From contig DYEP01000006.1 in the NCBI GenBank assembly GCA_020725675.1, positions 12,160 to 76,159 on the forward strand: DNA of 64,000 bases, in the 5' to 3' direction. Made by a program: the position numbers and the translations under genes. Source of the stretch: Symbiobacterium sp. (GTDB taxonomy: Bacteria > Bacillota > Sulfobacillia > DUSP01 > DYEP01). The notes under the pieces were generated by a model. The model made no database searches and was not told the origin of the DNA. It saw only the letters and a list, made by a program, of their open reading frames with translations. Of this stretch, positions 50,704-58,944 are shown piece by piece (positions within the stretch are counted from its first letter, which is position 1; each line of letters begins with the position of its first letter).

Positions 50704-51891
50704 TCACACCCGCTTGACAGCACAAGAGATTCCCATCCCGCCGTTTACGCACGCCGTAGCCAGCCCCATCCTGCCGCCAGTGCGGCACAGCCCGTGGATC
50801 ACTGCGCCCAGTATCCGTATTCCTGTCATGCCTATGGGATGCCCTATGGCGATGGCACCGCCCCACACATTACAAACCTCTTCATCCCATGCAAGTTCTT
50901 TCTTGCAGGCAAGTACCTGGACTGCGAACGCCTCGTTGATCTCTATCAGGTCGAAATCGTGGATGGACCCAAGTCCCATATCTTTTATTAATGCGCGAAC
51001 TGACGGCACGGGACCTATGCCCATGTACTCGGGGTCCACCCCGGCTTCAGAAAACGCAAGCACCTCAGCCAGTGGCAAGAGCCGCCGAGCCCGTGCCATC
51101 TCCTCGCTCACCAGCACCATTGCTGCCGCACCGTCGGAAATTGCGGAGGCGTTGCCGGCCGTCACCTGCCCGCCGTCGCGGAATACAGCAGGAAGCTTTG
51201 CCAGCGTCTCCGGCGTCGTATCTGAGCGCGGACACTCATCCCGGTCGATCACTTGGTTCGGGCCCTTCTTTTGCGTCACTTCTACCGGCATCACTTCGTC
51301 CTTGAAGATGCCATTGTCCCAGGCTGAAACGGCCTTCTTATGGGACAGGAGTGCATAAGCATCCGCCTCTTGGCGCGTGATGCCGTACCGCTCCCCCAGA
51401 TTCTCTGCGGTGTTGCCCATGTGCATGTTGGAAAGCGCACAGATAAAGCCGTCTTTGTGCAGCGCGTCCAAGAGTTCAGCGTTTCCCAGCCGGTAGCCCC
51501 AGCGAGCCCGGTCAAGGATGTACGGAATACGACTCATCATTTCTACTCCCACAACCAGGACGCTGTTCCTTGCGCCCGCCTGGATGGCGTAATATGCCAT
51601 TTGTACCGCCTTCAACCCGGAACCGCACGCCATGTTGATAGTGCTGCCAGTTACTCCGAGTGAAAGACCCGCAGTCTTCACCACTTGGCGTCCGGGGTTA
51701 GGCCCGACCCCGGCCTGCCTCGCGTTGGATACCACCACCTCCTCTACATCTTCAGCCTGGAGTCCTGAACGTAATATCGCCTCGCGGCCGACCATGCCAC
51801 CAATCTCAGCGACGCTGAGTGCGGCAAGACCACCTCCGAACCTACCCACAGGCGTTCTGACTGCGCTGACCACGAGCACTCGGCGACTCAA
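50704..51891 (-). CDS. acetyl-CoA C-acetyltransferase (thiolase II)
   Basis: 395 aa; VVSAVRTPVGRFGG N-terminus, thiolase active-site Cys (NMACGSGL) and C-terminal GGG. Confidence 0.9.
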   Translation of the reverse strand: MSRRVLVVSAVRTPVGRFGGGLAALSVAEIGGMVGREAILRSGLQAEDVEEVVVSNARQAGVGPNPGRQVVKTAGLSLGVTGSTINMACGSGLKAVQMAYYAIQAGARNSVLVVGVEMMSRIPYILDRARWGYRLGNAELLDALHKDGFICALSNMHMGNTAENLGERYGITRQEADAYALLSHKKAVSAWDNGIFKDEVMPVEVTQKKGPNQVIDRDECPRSDTTPETLAKLPAVFRDGGQVTAGNASAISDGAAAMVLVSEEMARARRLLPLAEVLAFSEAGVDPEYMGIGPVPSVRALIKDMGLGSIHDFDLIEINEAFAVQVLACKKELAWDEEVCNVWGGAIAIGHPIGMTGIRILGAVIHGLCRTGGRMGLATACVNGGMGISCAVKRV

Positions 51892-51892
51892 T

Positions 51893-53086
51893 TCACATCG
51901 CCCCTTCCGCCTTGAACTCTACGAGAATCCTATCCAGCAGATCGTTGTGTTCGCCAAGGTCTGGCGTGCGCGACGCACTCGGCGCCGGGGCACGGGAGAA
52001 TTTGACCGGGCTGCCCACAAGTTTCTTGCCTGTTACCCCTGGATCGTCCAGTTCCACAAGCATCCCCCTGGCTGCCACGTGGGGACACGAAAATACGTCG
52101 GCAGCTGTCTGAACGGGCCCTACCGGGACCCCTGCCTCATTCAACAACACCATGGCTTCCTGCCTGGTCTTGTCCTGAAGCCACCCCTCAATGGCAGGCC
52201 TGATTACCGTTTCCAGGTTGGCGGCTCTTGCCGGGCCGCTGACACATCTTGGGTCATGGGCCAGGTCTTCCCTGCCAATCACACAAGTCAGCCTGTGCCA
52301 GATGTAATCTGTGGGAACATTCAATGCCAGATACCCGTCTTTCGCACGGAATGTGCCTCTTGGACCTATGAGTCTCTCAGGCCCCCTGCTCGGCACCTGC
52401 CCCGTGAACGAGTGGATAGTCAGAGCTCTCTCATTCAGCGCAATCATCGCATCTAGCATCGATACGTCTACGAACTGACCTTCCCCGGTGACCTCCCGGT
52501 CAAGAAGGGCAGCTAAAATGCCCTGCACCGCGACAAGTGCGGCTACCAAGTCCGCAAGGCCGTATACCGCCGACACCGGCGGCCTATCTTCAAAACCGAT
52601 CATGTGCATAAATCCGCTCATTGCCTCGACAACGATGTCGAAAGCGGGCCAGTTCGAGTACTTGCCTTTATAAGGCTCAAGCTGACCAAAGCCGCTGATT
52701 GCACAATACACCAATCGGGGGTTTACCTGCCTCAGCCGCTCCCAGCCCACGCCCAGTTTGTCCATGACTCCCGGCCTGAAGTTTTCAACCAGCACATCGC
52801 TAACTGCCGCGAGCCGTTCGAACTTCGCTCTGTCGGCAGGAACTTTTAGATCCAGGGTCACGCTCTTTTTGTTTCGGTTGTATTCAGCAAAACCCCATGC
52901 GTAGCGCCCTGAGTCCGTATCAATGAACGGTCCCATTTCTCGCCGTGGATCACCTGTCCCCGGCCGTTCAACCTTGATCACCTCGGCGCCGTAATCCGCT
53001 AGCAGCATGGTACAGTACGGCGCAGCGATGTATTGCTCGTGCGCGAGCACCCGTATATGTTCCAGTGGTCTCCTAGTGCCAGACAT
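51893..53086 (-). CDS. family III CoA-transferase (CaiB/BaiF/Frc-like)
   Basis: 397 aa; characteristic N-terminus ...RVLAHEQYIAAPYCTMLLADYGAEVIKVERPGTGD... and catalytic Asp region. Confidence 0.85.
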   Translation of the reverse strand: MSGTRRPLEHIRVLAHEQYIAAPYCTMLLADYGAEVIKVERPGTGDPRREMGPFIDTDSGRYAWGFAEYNRNKKSVTLDLKVPADRAKFERLAAVSDVLVENFRPGVMDKLGVGWERLRQVNPRLVYCAISGFGQLEPYKGKYSNWPAFDIVVEAMSGFMHMIGFEDRPPVSAVYGLADLVAALVAVQGILAALLDREVTGEGQFVDVSMLDAMIALNERALTIHSFTGQVPSRGPERLIGPRGTFRAKDGYLALNVPTDYIWHRLTCVIGREDLAHDPRCVSGPARAANLETVIRPAIEGWLQDKTRQEAMVLLNEAGVPVGPVQTAADVFSCPHVAARGMLVELDDPGVTGKKLVGSPVKFSRAPAPSASRTPDLGEHNDLLDRILVEFKAEGAM

Positions 53087-53406
53087 GTCACGCCTCCTCT
53101 TTGCAATAAATCTTGCATAACTTATATATATTGCAGTATTTTATGTGGTATCATATACCATTTTCATATATAAATCAAGAATATCCTGGTATTTTTGGAT
53201 TTTACAACAATTAAATCTGGACAGCTCCGTGAATTTATACAAATGAAACCTGCGGAACTTTGTGGCAAGGCCCGTCCGTCTAAGCAATCTAGTCGGGAGG
53301 TCAAAAAGCATGACCAGGATTTGGCAGGCCAGTGAGCATGAGGCATTAAAAGCCCAGTTAAGAAGGTGTTGCATGCGGACTTGCAGAAATAATCGTTGCC
53401 AGGAAG

Positions 53407-54204
53407 GTGATGTTGTTGAATAATCTTAGATCGATCTTCGTAGTCACTCTGATAACACTGTTGGTCATGGTTTTTGAGCTGTTTCCCTTGCCATCAACCG
53501 ACGATATCCCCGCAATGGCTCCGGTAATCGACAGGCCAGGAGGTAGTGCACCTGTGAGTCTACCGGCGGATATTCCCGTCCATCAGCGCAACATCGCAAG
53601 AGCAGAAGGGCTGGCCAAGACTGCAGCCCCTGACGAGTACGTGGATGCGCTCATTGAAAGGCTCTCGTTCCTAAGCATGCCTGTCCGCGGCGCACAGGTA
53701 CCGGATTTCGCCGGGCAGCTGCCTGGCTCTCCTCGTAGCTACAGAAACGGCGTGCATGAGGGAGTGGATATCTACGGTCCGCCCAAGGGTACGCCCATAT
53801 ACGCCGCAGGCAGCGGCGTTATCATCCGTGCTGACATCGATTACGAAGAATTCACCTACGAGGAGCGTATGGCAATTCTCAAAGAAGCTGCCAGTGCTTC
53901 AGATACACCAGATGATGTCCTGGATAGACTAAACGGCAGGCAGGTCTGGATACACCATGGCGATGGCGTGATTACGCGCTACAGCCACCTCGATGGTATT
54001 GCTCCTGGTGTAGTACCGGGGAAAGCAGTGGACGCGGATACCATCATCGGATACATGGGCAACTCAGGAACAAGTGATGGCGTGGCAAACAGCCAAGACG
54101 GAGTGCACTTGCACTTTGAGATCATCGTGGACGGCTACAGTTTCTGGAAAGACTTAACTCTGGGGCAGGTAAAGCAGGTACTCAAGGCAGTGCTTACGCC
54201 GTAA
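53407..54204 (+). CDS. M23-family metallopeptidase (LytM-like)
   Basis: 265 aa; N-terminal TM; HEGVDIYGP...D and ...GVHLHFEI zinc-binding motifs. Confidence 0.8.
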   Translation: MMLLNNLRSIFVVTLITLLVMVFELFPLPSTDDIPAMAPVIDRPGGSAPVSLPADIPVHQRNIARAEGLAKTAAPDEYVDALIERLSFLSMPVRGAQVPDFAGQLPGSPRSYRNGVHEGVDIYGPPKGTPIYAAGSGVIIRADIDYEEFTYEERMAILKEAASASDTPDDVLDRLNGRQVWIHHGDGVITRYSHLDGIAPGVVPGKAVDADTIIGYMGNSGTSDGVANSQDGVHLHFEIIVDGYSFWKDLTLGQVKQVLKAVLTP

Positions 54205-54277
54205 GCGCGTTGGTGCGTTCGTCATCCCATGAAGGCGGGCAGGCTTTGCTCAAAGCGAATTGAGAAGGCGATGGCGG

Positions 54278-55243
54278 TCAGCCTGTATCTTTGTCCGGTG
54301 AGTTAACCCTCAAGTCGTACAATCTGTCTGCGAAAGACACAATCATCTCTCTTTGTGACAGCTTTTCAAGCCACTGCGATGGAATACCGTCCACTCCGTA
54401 GAACGCTCCTGCGAGCTGTCCGTATACCGCCCCGGTGGTGTCCGCGTCTTCGCCCAGGTTGACTGCAAGCAGCGCCCCCTCTTCAAAAGACGAGGACCTG
54501 TAAAAACTCCAGAGCGCAGCTTCCAGCGACTGTACCACATATCCGGTACCGCGGACCTCAGGCGGATTTCGGCGCCTGAAGGAACCGGACGCCACTTCCG
54601 CAATCCGGGGCACAAGCGGCTGATCTTTCCAAAAGCCTGGCAACGGCTCAAAAGTGTCCGAAAGAAGTCCATCCTTAGAAACTCCTGATAGTGCGCCTAC
54701 GATCAGCGCTGCCAGGTAACGACATCCGTCCACCGCTTCTTGAGCGCCATGTGTGGTCAGAGAACTTTCCGCTGCACGTTCCACCGCTTGGCGGGGACAG
54801 GAAGCATAAAACAGCACGACAGGGCCAAGTCGCATGATGGACCCGTTTCCCGCAGTGTGGGGGTGCTGGGGACCGGAGTAGGGATCCCCTGTGCGCTCAT
54901 ACTGTTCCAGTGCGTATCTGACCGTATTGCCTATATCAAAGCAGTAGCTCCTGCTGCTCAGGTAACCCGTGCGGTACCAACGAACAAATCTTTCCATCTG
55001 GTCTTTCGGGTCGAAACCTCTCCGCTCGATCAGGCTTTCCGCAAGACACAGCGCCATAGAGGTATCATCCGTCCACTCGCCCGGCCGCAGCCTGAAAAAC
55101 CCTCCACCTGTCATATCGCGCACAGGCTCAAAGGAGCCGGGAAGCATGAACTCAACTGCTGCACCGAGCGCATCACCTACAGCAAGACCCAAAAGACAAC
55201 CTCGGTAACGCTTCCGGAGATCCATTCGGCCACCTCCTTGCAA
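54278..55243 (-). CDS. ADP-ribosylglycohydrolase family protein (DraG-like)
   Basis: 321 aa; GCLLGLAVGDALGAAVEF...WTDDTSMALCLAES N-terminal signature. Confidence 0.8.
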   Translation of the reverse strand: MQGGGRMDLRKRYRGCLLGLAVGDALGAAVEFMLPGSFEPVRDMTGGGFFRLRPGEWTDDTSMALCLAESLIERRGFDPKDQMERFVRWYRTGYLSSRSYCFDIGNTVRYALEQYERTGDPYSGPQHPHTAGNGSIMRLGPVVLFYASCPRQAVERAAESSLTTHGAQEAVDGCRYLAALIVGALSGVSKDGLLSDTFEPLPGFWKDQPLVPRIAEVASGSFRRRNPPEVRGTGYVVQSLEAALWSFYRSSSFEEGALLAVNLGEDADTTGAVYGQLAGAFYGVDGIPSQWLEKLSQREMIVSFADRLYDLRVNSPDKDTG

Positions 55244-55315
55244 AACAACGATGACCTTCCTTTGAGCCTCTGACTTGCGGCGGGCCTGCTTCCATCTGGT
55301 CTGAGCCTGTCAGGC

Positions 55316-56508
55316 TCAGCCCACAGTCACCCTCACATACTTCCTCTTTCCCACCTGAATGATCATTTCCTCCTCAATTCGGAGCTCAAGATCCGGATCT
55401 GATACTCTGTGCTGATTGACCTTCACAGCACCCTGAGCGATGAGACGTTTAGCTTCGCTGTTTGATGCAGCAAGCCCCGAGTCTACCATGAGCCTGACCA
55501 TGCGGATGCTGCCCGGAGAAACCCGGAATTCGGACATCTCCTCGGGCAGCCCCCCACGCTGAAACACCCGGACGAACTCTTCCTCGGCTTGCCTTGCCGC
55601 GGTAGGCCCGTGATACAACGAAACAATTTCCCTGGCGAGTCTCATCTTCACGTCTCTCGGGTGAACGGTACCGTCCCGCAGCTGCCGTTTTATATGTTCA
55701 ATTTCTGCAAAAGGCACATCGGTAACCAGTTCATAATACTTCAACATGAGCTCGTCGGGGATGGACATGGTTTTTCCGTACATGTCACGGGGAGACTCAT
55801 TGATGCCTATGTAGTTATTCAAGCTCTTTGACATCTTTTGGGTGCCATCAGTACCTTCAAGCAGTGGCATAGTCATCATCACTTGAGGTTCAAGCCCGTA
55901 CTCCCTCTGGATGTCCCGTGTCAACAGGAAGTTGAAAGTCTGATCTGTACCCCCAAGCTCCACGTCCGCACGGATCGCCACAGAGTCGTAGGCCTGGGCC
56001 AGGGGATACAAGAACTCGTGGATGCTTACCGGTTTTTCTTCCTGCATTCGTTTTTTGAAATCGTCTCTTTCCAGCATGCGTGCTACCGTGTACTTGGAAG
56101 CCAGAGTTATCACATCCACAAAACTAAGCGGCGAAAGCCACGAACTGTTAAAAAGCACCCTGGTCTTGTCAGGGTCCAGGATCTTAAAGATCTGCTCTTT
56201 ATACGTTTTTGCGTTTTGGAGCACTTCTTCTTCGCTAAGCTGCCGCCTGGTCTCCGACCTGCCTGACGGATCTCCGATTCTTCCGGTGAAGTCACCGATA
56301 ATGAAGTAGACCTCGTGTCCCAGTTCCTGAAAGTGTTTGAGTTTCCTTATGGGCACTGTGTGACCAAGATGAATATCAGGAGCGCTGGGGTCAGCCCCGT
56401 ACTTCACCCTCAGGGGCTTTCCTCGCTGGATCTTTTGTTCAAGTTCGAGTTCACTTACGATCTCGGCAGCGCCACGACTGAGTATCCTAACCTGTTCTTT
56501 AGCGTCCA
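55316..56508 (-). CDS. tyrS: tyrosine--tRNA ligase (Thermus-like type 2 TyrRS with C-terminal S4 domain)
   Basis: Conserved N-terminus [18 protein letters not shown]...[15 protein letters not shown] (HIGH), KMSKS present; track start 56620 adds a 37-aa non-conserved extension and runs through the promoter, so start set at ATG ~56508. Confidence 0.9.
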
Positions 56509-56542
56509 TTGCTACCCTCGCTCCCTGACTTACTTTAGTGTG

Positions 56543-56571
56543 ATTATAGCATAGGTTACTTGACCTCTCAA
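56543..56571 (-). promoter_or_regulatory. sigma-A-type promoter for tyrS (TTGAGA-17-TATAAT)
   Basis: Minus strand reads TTGAGAggtcaagtaacctatgcTATAAT, ~35 nt upstream of the tyrS ATG. Confidence 0.5.
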
Positions 56572-56633
56572 ACGAAAGAACGCCCAGGGAACTCTGCCCG
56601 AGGTCAGCCCGTCTTAGCACATAGGCAGCGCTT

Positions 56634-56662
56634 TTTACACTGGTCTTTCGTTATGTTATAAT
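56634..56662 (+). promoter_or_regulatory. sigma-A-type promoter for class A PBP gene (TTTACA-17-TATAAT)
   Basis: TTTACActggtctttcgttatgtTATAAT on plus strand, ~47 nt upstream of ATG 56709 with GAGGAGGA SD. Confidence 0.5.
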
Positions 56663-56708
56663 CTTACGTGAGTCTATTTTCTTTGTTTTCCGAGGAGGAA
56701 CCCCTGAA

Positions 56709-58943
56709 ATGGCCACTACCAAGAAGAAGGGGAAGAAAAGACCCAGCACAACGTGGGGACTGGTGATTCTTACCCTCGTTTTGTTTGCAAGTCTCGCATT
56801 ACTCGGCGCGGGCATCGGATTCGTGATAAGCGCCGTAAGAGGACTCCCGGCACTTTCTTCTTTTGAGCCCAAGCCCAGCATGACTTCCATGATCTATGAT
56901 TCCAAAGGAAACGTAATAGCCAAGCTTCATGGTGAAGAAAACCGCATTCCCATAAGTATTGACCAGATGCCAGAGCACCTGCAGAAGGCGTTCGTGGCGA
57001 CTGAAGATGACAAGTTCTTCGAACACCGGGGGGTCAACTTCAAGGCGATCATCCGCGCGCTGTACGTCAACATAAGAGGGATCTCGTACCAGGGGGGCAG
57101 TACGATAACACAACAGCTCGTGAAGACCGCTCTGCTGAAAAACCCCGCACGCACGTATACTCGGAAGATCCAGGAGGCCATACTTGCAGTTCAGGTGGAA
57201 CGGTATTTTACAAAAAAGGAAATCCTCCAGATGTACCTGAACCAAATCCACCTTGGACACGGGACCTACGGCGTGGAAGCAGCCGCGCAGTTGTACTTCG
57301 GAAAACACGCCAGGGATCTAACTCTTGGAGAATCTGCGCTGCTCGCAGGACTTGCCCGTTCACCATCGACGTACTCCCCTTACAACGACATGGCAGCGGC
57401 AAGAACCGTGCGGGATGTGGTGCTGGATCAGATGCTAAAAAACCAGTTCATCAGCGCCGATCAACATGCACAAGCCAAGGCAGAGGAAATAAGACTCGCC
57501 GGACTTACCAAAGAAGAGTCAAATCTTGCACCGTTTTTTGTGGACGTGGTCCTAAAACAAGTTCTCGAAAAGTACGGCGCATCCGCCGTATATGGTGGAG
57601 GGCTGCACATTTATACAACGGTCGATATGGACATTCAGAACGCTGCTGAAGCGGGTGTTGCCCAGGTCATGGACCAGGCCTTTCCCATAAGGGAGGGACA
57701 AGACCAGCCGGATGCGGCCGTTGTGGTGCTCGACCCCAAAACAGGAGAGGTCAAAGCAATAGTAGGCGGCCGTGCCCACACGAACAGGTTGTCACTGAAC
57801 CGCGCGATGCACGACCCGCGCCAGCCGGGTTCCGCATTCAAACCCATTGCAGTCTACGCCGCTGCTTTCGAAAGAGGTTATTCCGCAGGTACGGTAATCG
57901 ACGACAGCCCCGTATCATATCCACAATTCTCGGGTCCGCCATGGACCCCGGAAAACTACACAAGAGATTTCAAGGGACTCATCACCATCCGTGAAGCCAT
58001 CGAACAGAGCATTAACGTTGTGGCTGTCAAAGTTCTCGAGCAGATCGGGGTAGAAACCGGCGTGAACTACGCTACTCGAATGGGAATTTCCACTCTTGTT
58101 ACTCAAAAAGGCGCGCAAAAAAGCGACTATACTCTGTCTCTGGGGTTGGGTGGCCTCACCCACGGCGTGACGCCCTACGAAATGGCTTCCGCATATGGTG
58201 TGTTCGCAAACAAAGGCATCCGTGTGGAACCGCATACTATCACAAAAGTCACCGATAATATGGGGAACATCCTGGAGCAACACCAGCCCAAGATGGAAAT
58301 TATAATGGGTGAAGATGTCGCTTACCTCATGACCCATATCCTGCGTGGCGTCATTTTCAGCCCGGGGGCGACAGGCGGGCGTGCGAACATCGGCCGCCCC
58401 GCCGCCGGTAAGACCGGCACATCCTCAGACCATGCCGACGCCTGGTTTGTAGGTTACACGCCAGACCTTGTCGCTGCAGTATGGATAGGGCATCACGAGA
58501 GAAAACCCATGGACAGGCAGACAGGCGGGAGGTATCCTGCCGAGATCTGGAAACTCGTCATGGGAGAAGCACATAAGAACATCCCCGTTTCCGATTTTCA
58601 AAGGCCGAAGAATTTTGTGGAGGTAGAGATCTGCACCAAGTCGGGCCACCTGCCCGGACCGTTCTGTCCGGCTGACACCATCAAGAAGGAGCTGTTTATA
58701 AAGGGTACCGAACCTCAGGTAACTTGCAGTGTTCACGTGCTTGCACAGGTGTGTGCAGACGACCCCACTAAGCTGGCGACTCAAAACTGCCCGTGGGTCA
58801 TAGATAAAGTGTTTATTAAACGTCCCGAGCCTTACACTCCGACAAAAGATGGGCGAATTCCCAAAGACGCATATCTTGAGGTCCCAACGCAGTACTGTCA
58901 AATCCACGGCAATCAAGGTGAAGACTGGAGCGGGGATGATTGA
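56709..58943 (+). CDS. class A penicillin-binding protein (PBP1A; glycosyltransferase GT51 + transpeptidase)
   Basis: 744 aa; Lys-rich N-terminus, TM, GT51 motifs (EDDKFFEHRGV, GGSTITQQLVK), transpeptidase SAFKP, KTGT. Confidence 0.9.
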   Translation: MATTKKKGKKRPSTTWGLVILTLVLFASLALLGAGIGFVISAVRGLPALSSFEPKPSMTSMIYDSKGNVIAKLHGEENRIPISIDQMPEHLQKAFVATEDDKFFEHRGVNFKAIIRALYVNIRGISYQGGSTITQQLVKTALLKNPARTYTRKIQEAILAVQVERYFTKKEILQMYLNQIHLGHGTYGVEAAAQLYFGKHARDLTLGESALLAGLARSPSTYSPYNDMAAARTVRDVVLDQMLKNQFISADQHAQAKAEEIRLAGLTKEESNLAPFFVDVVLKQVLEKYGASAVYGGGLHIYTTVDMDIQNAAEAGVAQVMDQAFPIREGQDQPDAAVVVLDPKTGEVKAIVGGRAHTNRLSLNRAMHDPRQPGSAFKPIAVYAAAFERGYSAGTVIDDSPVSYPQFSGPPWTPENYTRDFKGLITIREAIEQSINVVAVKVLEQIGVETGVNYATRMGISTLVTQKGAQKSDYTLSLGLGGLTHGVTPYEMASAYGVFANKGIRVEPHTITKVTDNMGNILEQHQPKMEIIMGEDVAYLMTHILRGVIFSPGATGGRANIGRPAAGKTGTSSDHADAWFVGYTPDLVAAVWIGHHERKPMDRQTGGRYPAEIWKLVMGEAHKNIPVSDFQRPKNFVEVEICTKSGHLPGPFCPADTIKKELFIKGTEPQVTCSVHVLAQVCADDPTKLATQNCPWVIDKVFIKRPEPYTPTKDGRIPKDAYLEVPTQYCQIHGNQGEDWSGDD

Positions 58944-58944
58944 C

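Noticed and set aside
55301-55319. 8-bp hairpin CTGAGCCTG-t-CAGGCTCAG overlapping tyrS stop
   Set aside because: It is not followed by a U-tract on either strand, and it overlaps the coding end. It is more likely incidental than a terminator.
56509-56620. ORF-track N-terminal extension of tyrS ([11 protein letters not shown]...)
   Set aside because: It is not conserved in TyrRS. The extension would run through the -10/-35 promoter elements, and the conserved protein begins at MDAKEQ. Analogous unsupported N-extensions were trimmed for tgt, ruvA, dam, mcm, dppA, DUF1850 and the OadG-like gene.
56509-56700. Expected T-box riboswitch upstream of tyrS
   Set aside because: There is no AGGGTGGNACCGCG-like T-box sequence, no specifier-loop architecture and no terminator/antiterminator pair. 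The leader is only ~35 nt.
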